Shown here piece after piece: positions 20,876 through 30,662 of a DNA stretch of 64,000 bases. The position numbers and the translations under genes were made by a program. Numbering within the stretch: the stretch's first letter is position 1; each line of letters begins with the position of its first letter. Origin of the DNA: Methanotrichaceae archaeon (GTDB lineage: Archaea; Halobacteriota; Methanosarcinia; Methanotrichales; Methanotrichaceae). The notes under the pieces are model-generated. The model was not told the DNA's origin. It saw only the letters and a list, made by a program, of their open reading frames with translations, and made no database searches. The DNA lies in NCBI GenBank assembly GCA_963813075.1, contig CAWEXU010000005.1, positions 1-64,000 on the forward strand, written 5' to 3'.

Positions 20876-22422
20876 CATATCCAGATACAGAGAACGAAGG
20901 CAAGTCTCATGCGGACATGAAAGAGGGCCGCAAGACGGATTCGGGAAAGAATCCTGCAAAGAAGGAGAAAAAGGAGATGAAGGTGAAGAAAGAGGGATCC
21001 AGCGGGCAGAGCGCACAGCTTCCCCCCAAAGAGGACTTCAGCCAGTGGTACCATGAGCTGCTGATGGCCGGGGAGATCATAGATAACCGCTACCCTGTTA
21101 AGGGTATGTGCGTCTGGTTCCCCTTCGGTTTCGCCATCAAGAAGAAGGTCTATGGCATCATCCGAGAGCTTTTAGATCCCGATCATCAAGAGACCCTCTT
21201 CCCCCTGATGATCCCGGAGAACGAGTTCATGAAGGAGGCCCAGCATATCAAGGGCTTCGAGGAGGAGGTCTACTGGGTGACCTGCGGCGGGACCACTCCA
21301 TTGGATGTCAAGCTCGCCCTCCGCCCCACCAGCGAGACGGCCATATATCCCATGTTCAAGCTCTGGATAAGGTCCCATGCCGATTTGCCCCTGCGCATCT
21401 ACCAGATAGTGAATACCTTCCGTTATGAGACCAAGCACACCCGCCCTCTGATACGCCTGAGGGAGATCACCTCCTTCAAGGAGGCGCACACCGTCCATGC
21501 CACCTGGGGGGAGGCAGCAGAGCAGGTGGAGGTAGCCATTCAGAGGTATTCCGAGTTCTACCGCCGCCTGGCCATACCCTTCCTGGTGAGCCGCCGGCCC
21601 AGCTGGGATAAGTTCCCGGGAGCTGACTATACCACGGCCCTCGATGTGATCATGCCCGATGGCCGGACGCTACAGGTGGGCACTGCCCATCATCTGGGCT
21701 CCACCTTCGCCCGGACATATGATATAACCTATGAGGCGGAGGACGGCGAGCAGAAGCTGGTCTGTCAGACCTGCTACGGCATCTCTGAGCGCTGTATAGC
21801 CGCACTGATATCCGTCCATGGGGACGATAAGGGTCTGGCATTGCCCTGGGAGGTGGCTCCCGTCCAGGTGGCCATTGTGCCCATCCTTCTCGGAGACAAG
21901 GAGAAGGTGCTGGAGGTTTGCCGGGATCTGTTGGGGAGCCTGCAGCAGGCAGGCATCCGGGTGGAGCTGGACACCAGCGACGAGCGACCCGGTGCCAAGT
22001 TCTATAAGTGGGAGATGAAAGGGGTCCCCCTCCGCCTGGAGGTCGGCCCCAGGGATATTGAGAAAGGGGTGGTGACGGTGGTGCGCCGGGATGGTGAGAA
22101 GCTCGCCCTGTCCCGCGATGGGCTGGCATGTGCCCTGGCCGGAGAGGCGGAGAAGCTGCAGGTTGCGCTCTACCAGCGGGCGGAGGCATTTGCCAGTTCC
22201 CGGATCCAGGAAGTGGCAGGCATCGACGAAGCCCGGGCCCAGACCGAGTCCGGGGTGGCCCTGGTCCCCTGGTGCGGGGAGGAGGAGTGCGGTCACCAGT
22301 TAGAGGACCAGGTGGGGGCGAACATGCTCGGCGAGCCCCAGTACCAGAGCTTCTCGCCCGCTGCCTGCGCCGTATGCGGAAAGGTGACCGACAGGCGCAC
22401 ATATATGGCCAGACAATACTGA
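20872..22422 (+). CDS. proS: Prolyl-tRNA synthetase (archaeal/eukaryotic type)
   Basis: [33 protein letters not shown]-terminal ARQY. Confidence 0.97.
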   Translation: MTYPDTENEGKSHADMKEGRKTDSGKNPAKKEKKEMKVKKEGSSGQSAQLPPKEDFSQWYHELLMAGEIIDNRYPVKGMCVWFPFGFAIKKKVYGIIRELLDPDHQETLFPLMIPENEFMKEAQHIKGFEEEVYWVTCGGTTPLDVKLALRPTSETAIYPMFKLWIRSHADLPLRIYQIVNTFRYETKHTRPLIRLREITSFKEAHTVHATWGEAAEQVEVAIQRYSEFYRRLAIPFLVSRRPSWDKFPGADYTTALDVIMPDGRTLQVGTAHHLGSTFARTYDITYEAEDGEQKLVCQTCYGISERCIAALISVHGDDKGLALPWEVAPVQVAIVPILLGDKEKVLEVCRDLLGSLQQAGIRVELDTSDERPGAKFYKWEMKGVPLRLEVGPRDIEKGVVTVVRRDGEKLALSRDGLACALAGEAEKLQVALYQRAEAFASSRIQEVAGIDEARAQTESGVALVPWCGEEECGHQLEDQVGANMLGEPQYQSFSPAACAVCGKVTDRRTYMARQY

Positions 22423-22451
22423 TCCAAATAGCCCGAGGAGGATAAGAGAGG

Positions 22452-23114
22452 ATGAAGGTACTGGGAATTTGCGCAAGCCCTAGAGGCTCGAAGAGCACAA
22501 CACGCACGCTGGTTCAGGCGGCACTGGATGGGGCAGAGAAGAGCGGCGCGGCCACAGAGCTGATTGATGTATGCAAGCTTGATATCAAGTACTGTAATGC
22601 CTGCCAGGCTTGCTTTAAGACCGGCAAGTGCGTCCATAAAGACGACTTTCAGGGGCTGTATGAGAAGATCCTGGCGGCGGACGGCCTGGTATGGGGCTCG
22701 CCCAACTACTTTCATACGGTAACCGCCCAGCTGAAGACCATCATCGACCGGATGGCTGATGCCGTTCACTGCCAGCTCCTGGCGGGAAAGTACTGCTGCA
22801 GCCTGGCCACCGGCGGCAGCAATTACGATGAGGTCACAAGCTACCTGGACAGCCTGATGATCAACTTCGGCGCTTTCGTCACCGGCAGTGCAGGAGCGGA
22901 GATGGGCAAAGGCCCCGGTGCTCTGGAGGAGGGGGAGAGGAAAGCCCGCGATCTGGGCCGGGCCCTGGCCGAGGATATTCGCACCAGGCGCGACTATGTC
23001 GAGCAGAGACGGGTGCAGGAAGGTATTCGCTCTTACTTCAAAGAGCTGGTGCGCCTGAACAAGGACGACTGGGAGCACGAGTACGAGCACTGGAACAGCA
23101 TCAACTGGCGCTAG
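22452..23114 (+). CDS. Iron-sulfur flavoprotein / flavodoxin family protein
   Basis: ICASPRG, CNACQAC...C..KDD, GSPNYF. Confidence 0.88.
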   Translation: MKVLGICASPRGSKSTTRTLVQAALDGAEKSGAATELIDVCKLDIKYCNACQACFKTGKCVHKDDFQGLYEKILAADGLVWGSPNYFHTVTAQLKTIIDRMADAVHCQLLAGKYCCSLATGGSNYDEVTSYLDSLMINFGAFVTGSAGAEMGKGPGALEEGERKARDLGRALAEDIRTRRDYVEQRRVQEGIRSYFKELVRLNKDDWEHEYEHWNSINWR

Positions 23115-23171
23115 GATCGGGGAAGCTCAGCCCGCACAACTCTTTAATATCTTCCAGGCCAATTAATAGTT

Positions 23172-23783
23172 ATGCTGACACTGGATGAGGGAAGAGTTGC
23201 CGTCCGTTTAGCCAGGCGAGCCCTGGCCCACTATATAGAAACGAAGGAGGCTCTGGCCCTAGACGGTCTGCCGCCAGTCTTTTCCCAGAAGCGAGGCGTC
23301 TTTGTAACGCTGCATGAGGATGGGGACCTGCGGGGATGCATAGGCTATCCCCAGCCCGTCCTGCCCCTTGGCCGGGCGATTGTGGACTCGGCGATCAATG
23401 CCGGCTTTCGCGATCCGCGCTTTCCTGGCCTGCGACCTGGCGAGCTGAAGAGGATTGAGCTGGAGGTCACCGTTCTCACCAAGCCCGAGGCCTACACCGG
23501 ACCCAAAAAGAACCTGCCGGAGAGGGTTCAGGTGGGAAGGGACGGCCTGATCGTCTCCAAAGGGCCGTTCACCGGTCTGCTCCTGCCTCAGGTGGCGCTC
23601 GAATGGGGCTTTGATTCCCTGGAGTTCCTGGGCCAGACCTGCATCAAGGCCGGCCTGCCGGTGGATGCCTGGCTGGATGAGGACACCCTGATAGAGCACT
23701 TCGAGGCCCAGATCTTCGCCGAGGTGGCGCCGGAAAGGGAGGTCTTCGAGAAGAGCTTCACCGAAAGCCCCTGCGGGACATAA
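23172..23783 (+). CDS. AMMECR1 family protein
   Basis: GVFVTL, LRGCIG, DPRF, GLLLPQV motifs. Confidence 0.93.
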   Translation: MLTLDEGRVAVRLARRALAHYIETKEALALDGLPPVFSQKRGVFVTLHEDGDLRGCIGYPQPVLPLGRAIVDSAINAGFRDPRFPGLRPGELKRIELEVTVLTKPEAYTGPKKNLPERVQVGRDGLIVSKGPFTGLLLPQVALEWGFDSLEFLGQTCIKAGLPVDAWLDEDTLIEHFEAQIFAEVAPEREVFEKSFTESPCGT

Positions 23784-24111
23784 GGATTGATGGCTCTTTC
23801 ATCGGGGGCCAGTGGAGGCTCGGTGAATTGGTGGCTTTCAACCATAATTTTTCTGAACGACGATTTTTGACTGCGGTACTGGCCGCCTCTTTGACACGAT
23901 CTTTGCACCGCCACCCCTCTGCCCCACACTTGCTTCAAAATTTATTATATTAGCAAAGTGGTTGCTTATTCTCGCTGATGCATAACTATTGTAAAATTGC
24001 ATTGAAAAGAATATCTCGATAAACCCGGATTTTTCCAGCAAAGCCACCAGAACGTATAAATATTATCGAGTGACTAATTGTTGTATCCTAAAAGGATAAT
24101 GGGGTGAAATT

Positions 24112-24549
24112 ATTAGGCATTTGGGAGTACTCTTGGTATTGGCCGTAGCTATGCTATCGGTTCCTGCTCTGGCAGGGGGAATGAGCCCATGTGGCGCAGT
24201 GGATGTTCTGGGGAGCGGTGGGGGAATATTTGAATCAGAATCTTCTGCGTTCCAGTTCCCTGAATTCGCAAATACAAACTTCGACCGCCTGACGGTTGGA
24301 AATGACCGGGCGATGGCCTTCGGCGGCATCAGGCAGAGGTCACCTTTTACCACAGCCACCAATAACCTGGTGATCAAGAAGAACCAGGATTCTGGGGACT
24401 GCGATTGCTGCTACGACTGTGGTGGCAGCTGCCAGGAATGCTGCTTGAAGGTCAATATGGAGCAGATCCGGGTAGGAAATAGGGATGCCATGGCTTTTGG
24501 AGCCGCTGTTGCCACTAACAATGTGAAGATCATCACCAACCAGCAGTAG
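24112..24549 (+). CDS. Secreted hypothetical protein with two Asn-rich imperfect repeats and a Cys-rich linker (start ATT 24112 or TTG 24121)
   Basis: Signal peptide; repeats NFDRLTVGNDRAMAFG..TATNNLVIKKNQ and NMEQIRVGNRDAMAFG..VATNNVKIITNQ; GGGGTGA SD at 24101-24107. Confidence 0.85.
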   Translation: MRHLGVLLVLAVAMLSVPALAGGMSPCGAVDVLGSGGGIFESESSAFQFPEFANTNFDRLTVGNDRAMAFGGIRQRSPFTTATNNLVIKKNQDSGDCDCCYDCGGSCQECCLKVNMEQIRVGNRDAMAFGAAVATNNVKIITNQQ

Positions 24550-24577
24550 AGAGCTCGATTAGAACCAAGGACTAGAC

Positions 24578-25297
24578 ATGAACGATATGCTAAGGCCCAC
24601 TGGCCTGGTGGCGGTGGGGGCCATTTTTATCTGCCTATCTCTCGCGGCAAATGCACTGGGATCGGTAGCCGATCTGCCCGACCTGCAGAAAGAGATGAAA
24701 AAATCCCTCTCCGGCACTCTGGATCAATCTCAGGGAAGCACTATGGGAAAGTTCCGGGTCCATGGAGATACCATCACCTTCCCCTGGTCGGAGCAATATA
24801 AATCGGGCTCTGGTCCATTCATGCCGACATCACCCTCAAAAGAAAGGATCACTCTGAATGAGACGGACCCGGATAGTGTGGTCTATGACCTGACGGCGAT
24901 AAACGGCATTCGAGAGAGGGACATAATCTATGACGGCAGCCAGGATGGCGATCCTGGATCGCAGGGCCTGTCCAACTCCCTGGAGATCAGCGTCACCGGC
25001 CAGGAGACAGATGATGGATCTATCTCCTGGAATGGGGGAAATTCTGCCCTGGACATAGAGAGTGTGGTGGATGAGGCATTAAGCAAGGACGGGAAGACTA
25101 ATCCGGATGGGAAAAATGTGACTGGCATCAGATCCGCCCCCACTTTGGGCAACAATATGATCATAGACGTCAGCGGGATCTCCGTCAGCGCCATAAATTC
25201 AGTGAAAGGAGGAAGTGCCACCGCCACATCCAACATAATCATCAGGCCGGTCCAGATTATCGTCTGTCCATCTGAGGTGGAAGAGAAGCTGAAATAA
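24578..25297 (+). CDS. Secreted hypothetical protein with beta-rich C-terminus
   Basis: Signal peptide; 28 nt after the preceding gene; C-terminal GNNMIIDVSGISVSAINSVKGGSATATSNIII. Confidence 0.8.
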   Translation: MNDMLRPTGLVAVGAIFICLSLAANALGSVADLPDLQKEMKKSLSGTLDQSQGSTMGKFRVHGDTITFPWSEQYKSGSGPFMPTSPSKERITLNETDPDSVVYDLTAINGIRERDIIYDGSQDGDPGSQGLSNSLEISVTGQETDDGSISWNGGNSALDIESVVDEALSKDGKTNPDGKNVTGIRSAPTLGNNMIIDVSGISVSAINSVKGGSATATSNIIIRPVQIIVCPSEVEEKLK

Positions 25298-25363
25298 TTC
25301 TTTTGATCTTTTCTTTTTGAATCACAAACTATAAGGGCATTTTATGTCTACCCCTATCTTGAT

Positions 25364-26724
25364 ATGACCATCCAGAGACCGAGGGGCACGCGGGACTTCC
25401 TTCCTCAGGAGATGAGGAAGAGGGGCCTGGCCAGAAAAGCTATGCAGGAGGTGCTCGAGCGCTGGGGATACCAGGAGGTAGCCACTCCCACCTTTGAGCA
25501 CCTTGAGTTGTTCACAGAGAAATCCGGAGAATCGGTATTAGAGGAGATCTACAGCTTCCAGGACAAGGGTGGGCGCGATCTCGCCCTCCGTCCGGAATTG
25601 ACCGCACCAGTGATGCGAATGTATGTCTCCGAGCTGCAAAACTCGCCCAAGCCCTTGAGGCTTTACTATTTTGGCAACTGCTTCCGCTATGAGCGCCCCC
25701 AGAAAGGGCGGTTCAGGGAGTTCTGGCAGCTGGGTGCGGAGCTTATAGGGGGAGCCAGGCCGGACTCCGAGGCGGAGGCCATCGCCCTGGCTGATCAGAT
25801 GATCCGGAGCGTGGGCGTCCAGGGCGAAATCCACCTTGGCTATCTGGGGCTGATACGGACCATTCTGCAGAGGATCGAGGCCGGCAAGAGAGCGGCAGCG
25901 ATGAGGATGATCGACAAGAAGGAAAGAGCCGCTTTAGAAGAGCTGCTGGTGGAGCTGGATCAAACCGATATAGGACTGCTGGAGCTGATCGATCTCAAGG
26001 GAAAAGCGGCATTGGATAAGGCCCAGGAGATCGCCGGAGATCTGTTAAGCTCGCTGAGCCTTATGAGGCCGGAGCGGGGAGTACGAGTGCAAATGCCCTT
26101 CCCGAGCCAAAGATGCAGCCAGAGGGCCGCGGCTCTGCTCGCACCGGAAGGTCTGTCTCCTCCCAGCTCCGGCTGGATGAGTTCCAGCAGACGGTGGATC
26201 TTCTCGAGGCCTACGGGGTAAACTTCCAGATCGATTTTGAGATCGTACGGGGCCTGGACTACTACTCAGGCACGGTCTTCGAGATCTATGCCCAGGGCCT
26301 GGGAGCGCAACGCCAGATATGCGGCGGAGGGACATACGAATTGGCCAGCCTCTTCGGAGGGAAGGAGATCTCATCAACCGGCTTCGGCCTGGGCTTCGAC
26401 CGGATAATGGAAGTCGCCCGGATAAAAGAGGAGACAATGCCCCCCCTCTTTCTCATCTATACTCCTGATGTCAAGGCAGATGCCGCGAGGATGGCAGTAT
26501 CGCTGCGAAGGTCGATTCCCACCGTCCTGGATGTCATGGGCAGAAGCATGGGTGCCCAGCTCAAGGCCGCCTCTGGAGCAGGGGCCAGGTTTGCGGTGAT
26601 CGTGGGCAGGGAGGAGCTGGATTCCGGCAGGCTGATCCTGCGAGACATGTCCGGCGGAGAGCAAGAGGCCATGACCCTGGAGGAGATAATAGAAAGGCTC
26701 AGTCCGATCTACCCATCCCGGTAG
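25364..26724 (+). CDS. hisS: Histidyl-tRNA synthetase (one frameshift, about 26040-26110)
   Basis: RPRGTRDF, LRPELTA, FRYERPQKGRFREF in 25364..26221; VRGLDYYSG, GGGTY, GFGLGFDR in 26113..26724. Confidence 0.95.
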
Positions 26725-26780
26725 TTGAGCTTTGGCTTATTCCGACAAGTATATATTCATTATATAACATATTTTTGCCT

Positions 26781-27476
26781 ATGAGATTGGCCCTTTCTGT
26801 TTTCATCATCATGCTGGCACTTATTCCATCCCTGCAATGCCAGGAGACCGCAGAGGACTGGCTTGTTAACGGCACTGATCTTGTCAGCCAGGGCAGATAC
26901 AATGAATCGATCAAGGCTTTTGATCAGGCCATTCGCCTGGACTCCAACTCCACCCTGGCCTGGATGAGCAAAGGAGTGGCTCTTTCCGGTCTGGGCAGGT
27001 GCGAAGAGGCCCTGGAAGCATATGAGGTGGCCCTCGGCCTGAATCCCGGATTTGCCAGTGCCTGGCTTAACATGGGCATTGCCCTGGATTGTCTGGGCAG
27101 ACAAAAGGAAGCTCTGGAGGCTTATGAACAGGCCCTCCGTCTGGATTCGAACAATGCCGATGCCTGGAAGAACAGAGGCTATGATCTGGCCATTTTAGGC
27201 AGATATAATGAATCCCTGGAAGCTTTTGAGGAGGCCCTCTTCCTTGATTCTGATTACCCTGAAACCTGGGGCAATAAAGGCAACGCCCTCGCCGCCCTGG
27301 GCCGATATGATGAGGCCCTGGAAGCATACGACGAAGCCCTCAGGCTTGACCCCGAGTTTGCAGGAGTCTGGTACAACCGGGGCCTAATCCTTCAGGGTCT
27401 GGAAAGGACCGATGAGGCCCAGGCCGCCTTTGCCAGGGCGGAGGAACTGGCGAGCAAGTCAACTACCCCACCCTAA
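26781..27476 (+). CDS. Secreted TPR-repeat protein; last codons contributed by the inserted IS
   Basis: Signal peptide then about six AWxNKGxALxxLGRYxEAxxAYxxAL repeats. Confidence 0.9.
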   Translation: MRLALSVFIIMLALIPSLQCQETAEDWLVNGTDLVSQGRYNESIKAFDQAIRLDSNSTLAWMSKGVALSGLGRCEEALEAYEVALGLNPGFASAWLNMGIALDCLGRQKEALEAYEQALRLDSNNADAWKNRGYDLAILGRYNESLEAFEEALFLDSDYPETWGNKGNALAALGRYDEALEAYDEALRLDPEFAGVWYNRGLILQGLERTDEAQAAFARAEELASKSTTPP

Positions 27477-28680
27477 AGGATGGGGCTTGTAGCTAGTGGT
27501 TAGTTAGCCTGCTACGATTGGCGGGTTGACAGGCAGCCTGCTACGGTCAGCTCTACTGAAGGTAGCGATGTTCCTGGATGCGTTCAAGTCTGCATCGATC
27601 TGGAAGCCACAGCTTTTGCATTTGAAGGTCCTACCATTACGGTTTTCCTTCTTTTGAAATCCACATTTGGAGCATGTGCGAGAAGTATATCTTGGGTCTA
27701 TGGCAACTACCTTCTTTCCGATAGCGCCCGCTTTGTATTCTATGATGCTTCGTAGTTCTGCAAAGCTCCATTTTCCAAGTTTCTTATTCTTCTTGCCGTT
27801 CCTGATGTGGGTTAGATCTTCCAGAGCGATTACGTCATATGGTTTAGATAGTATCCAGTTTGCGATTTGATGGTTCACGTCCTTCTGAAACCGTCTCTCT
27901 CGACCAGAAAGCTCTTGAAGCTTTCTTTTAGCTGATCGAGTGCCTTTGGACTGAAGTTTGGATCTCAAATATTGATATTTGCCTTTCACAGCTTTAACTG
28001 GTCCAGATTGCCAGAACGTATTATCGCTACATACTGCTATGTTATTGATCCCAAGATCTACGCCGATCCTCTTATCTCCAACAAGTGTTTCTGGATCGGG
28101 TTGCTCTACTTGAACATTGAGGTAGCAAGCATTCTTAGTTATCTTGAGTTGAGCATTCATGACTTTCCATGTAGCGTATTTCTGGTAATAGTCTGCTAAC
28201 TGGAAGTCATATCGTAGTCTCCCAAAAATGGTTGTGAGCTTGCAGTATCCCGATTCCAAGAATACCTTCATGGTCCTAACGTCGAATCGAACTGCTCCGA
28301 AAGGATGCTTGAAAGGCTTAGTCTCGAATTTGAGCCTCTTGAGCATGTCGCTGGCTTGATCCCTTGCTGTTTGGATGAGGGCGGAAGGCAATGTAGAATA
28401 CTTTTCTCGGAGGTCTTTGTATGTAGCTTTGTTAAGTCTGGTCTTGTTGTAATCATGTGCCGCAAAGCCGTAGTCTATGACATCCTGGCAGGCGGCGTTC
28501 CAAAGCCGAGCTGTTTGGATGAGTTCATTTGATCGATCTAGCTTTATTTTGATGGTGCGGTACATGTTAATGGGTAGTTAATAATTTTATTAAATTTATA
28601 GTTTTTGGTGGTTATGCAAGGGGCACGATTCATCCCCACCCTGAAGGGCTGGGGTCTTCTCTACCCCTTGACCCCACGAG
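27458..28680 (-). mobile_element. IS200/IS605-family element, tnpB-only (IS1341-like, non-autonomous)
   Basis: Near-identical imperfect hairpins CCCCACCCTAAAGGATGGGG (27466-27485) and CCCCACCCTGAAGGGCTGGGG (28634-28654); removing 27458-28680 restores the TPR end AGC-AAA-TAA; no target-site duplication. Confidence 0.9.
27504..28565 (-). CDS. tnpB: RNA-guided endonuclease TnpB
   Basis: RuvC-I GVDLGINN, RuvC-II IALEDL, zinc finger CSKC...CKSC, RuvC-III DADLNASRNI. Confidence 0.95.
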   Translation of the reverse strand: MYRTIKIKLDRSNELIQTARLWNAACQDVIDYGFAAHDYNKTRLNKATYKDLREKYSTLPSALIQTARDQASDMLKRLKFETKPFKHPFGAVRFDVRTMKVFLESGYCKLTTIFGRLRYDFQLADYYQKYATWKVMNAQLKITKNACYLNVQVEQPDPETLVGDKRIGVDLGINNIAVCSDNTFWQSGPVKAVKGKYQYLRSKLQSKGTRSAKRKLQELSGRERRFQKDVNHQIANWILSKPYDVIALEDLTHIRNGKKNKKLGKWSFAELRSIIEYKAGAIGKKVVAIDPRYTSRTCSKCGFQKKENRNGRTFKCKSCGFQIDADLNASRNIATFSRADRSRLPVNPPIVAG

Positions 28681-28781
28681 ATAAAGCTCCGCCTCAATAT
28701 AAAAGGGCATCAGGCCATAATTTGCTTTAAATTCAAAAAAAAGGGTATAAACAGGCTGATTCTCGCCTGTTTAAGCCTCAT

Positions 28782-30065
28782 TCAGCAGGCAACTCTTGCC
28801 TGGTGAGATACGCGATGAGCAGTGGTGGGCCTATCCGCGCTCTTCCCGCGGATCGACCTCTGCTGAACCCTGGCAGCCCCCGACCTGTTGGGAGGCACCG
28901 GCTTTGCAGCTGCGCCTTTTGCTGCTTTTGCCGTTTCGGAGTGATATTTGTGCTCTGCCGCCTTTATCTGCACATGGGTCAGCTTCTCGATGTCTCTTAA
29001 AAAGCTGCGTTCCTCGGCAGAGCAAAAGGAGAATGCATTGCCGCTGGCTCCCGCTCTGCCGGTGCGGCCGATGCGGTGGACATAGCTCTCTGGCTCATTG
29101 GGCAGGTCGTAGTTCACCACATGGGTGATATCATCGATATCTATGCCCCTGGCGGCAATATCGGTAGCCACGAGCACTCTTATATGGCCGGACCTGAACC
29201 TCTCCATAGTACTGGTGCGCTGGTTTTGCGATTTGTTGCCGTGAATGGCATCCGCCCGGATCCTGTTTTTGGACAGCATCTGCGCCACCTTGTCCGCCCT
29301 GTGCTTGGTGCGGGCGAAGACCAGGACCCGCTCCATATCTTCATTTATGAGGAGATCGAGCAGGAGGGAGTTCTTGGAGTTCTGATCGACAAAGAATACC
29401 TTCTGATTGATACAGTCCAGTGTGCACGCCGAAGGAGAGGCCTGAACATTCACCGGATTATGCAGAAGGCTCTGGGCAAACTTACCTGCTTCCCCGGTCA
29501 GAGTGGCAGAGAAGAAAAGGGAGCTGTGCTTCTCGGGCAGTGCCGAGACCACCTTCTTCACGTCTCTTATGAAGCCCATGTCCAGCATCCGGTCGATCTC
29601 ATCCAGGACGAAGAACTCGACTGCTTTCAGCTCGATGTAGCCCTGGTTCATCAGGTCCAGGAGCCTGCCAGGAGTGGCGACCAGGATATCGACTCCCCGG
29701 CTGAGCATATTGACCTGCGGCCCCTGACGGACGCCGCCGAATATAACCAGGTGCCTGAAGCGGAGAAACTTGCCATAGGTGGCAAAGCTCTGGCCGATCT
29801 GGGCAGCAAGCTCTCTGGTGGGAGCGAGCACCAGCACCCGCGGTGAGCCCGGCCGGCAGGCTCGCCTTTCCTGCGACATTCTCTGCAGTATGGGCAGCAC
29901 AAATGCCGCCGTCTTTCCCGTCCCCGTCTGGGCAATTCCCAGCAGATCCTTTCCCTCCAGCAGTGGTGGTATGGCCAGCATCTGTATCGGCGTGGGGGTG
30001 GTGTATCCTTCTAGAGCGATCGCCCGCAAGAGCGGGTCTATGATATTTAGATTTCCAAATGACAT
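28782..30065 (-). CDS. DEAD-box RNA helicase (RhlE-like)
   Basis: Q motif [40 protein letters not shown]. Confidence 0.95.
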   Translation of the reverse strand: MSFGNLNIIDPLLRAIALEGYTTPTPIQMLAIPPLLEGKDLLGIAQTGTGKTAAFVLPILQRMSQERRACRPGSPRVLVLAPTRELAAQIGQSFATYGKFLRFRHLVIFGGVRQGPQVNMLSRGVDILVATPGRLLDLMNQGYIELKAVEFFVLDEIDRMLDMGFIRDVKKVVSALPEKHSSLFFSATLTGEAGKFAQSLLHNPVNVQASPSACTLDCINQKVFFVDQNSKNSLLLDLLINEDMERVLVFARTKHRADKVAQMLSKNRIRADAIHGNKSQNQRTSTMERFRSGHIRVLVATDIAARGIDIDDITHVVNYDLPNEPESYVHRIGRTGRAGASGNAFSFCSAEERSFLRDIEKLTHVQIKAAEHKYHSETAKAAKGAAAKPVPPNRSGAARVQQRSIRGKSADRPTTAHRVSHQARVAC

Positions 30066-30418
30066 TTATTGCCTCATCTGAAAACAAGATGAAATCCATC
30101 CGCGACAAGAGCCCGCCAGATAAGCGAGCCAAAACGGATGCAGAGGCTTAAAACGAATATTTTGATAGAGACCCGTCTCGTTAAGGGAGCTGCATTCTGA
30201 CTTTGATTTTTTTAGCCAGAGAAGGAGCTGCCTCTGCGGTTTCAAATCATTTCCACTATTTATTTGATTTCTGATCGATTCACAGAACCGATACCCGCTA
30301 CAAAAACATTATTGATTCAATGCAATGGAGCCATTGACCAAGCATTAATCCAGACTATATATCTGTCGGTCTATCCTCGAAAGGTGAGGCTTAGCCAGGA
30401 CCTCACCTCTGCTCGGGA

Positions 30419-30631
30419 TCATCTCTTCTTCCTTGCCTTGTATTTGGGCCAGCTCTGGCGGGGCAGTCCCCCAGCTGAATAGCTCTCCTTCACGCTATCT
30501 GAGACTGCTCTTTCCAGCCGGTCATCGTGCGACCTCCTCTCTGCAGCCATCTTCTTTACCAGGATGTAGTTGGCGGCGAGGAATAGGGGGAATAAGAGGA
30601 TACAGATCACCACTATTTGCCAGACTTCCAT
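30419..30631 (-). CDS. Small single-pass membrane hypothetical protein
   Basis: N-terminal hydrophobic helix and basic tail; follows the mutS-like gene on the same strand. Confidence 0.6.
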   Translation of the reverse strand: MEVWQIVVICILLFPLFLAANYILVKKMAAERRSHDDRLERAVSDSVKESYSAGGLPRQSWPKYKARKKR

Positions 30632-30662
30632 ATCGAATAAGTCAACTCATGAATATAAAAGG

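Noticed and set aside
27504..28565. Cas12f CRISPR effector
   Set aside because: No array or cas genes; flanked by IS200/IS605 end hairpins, so TnpB
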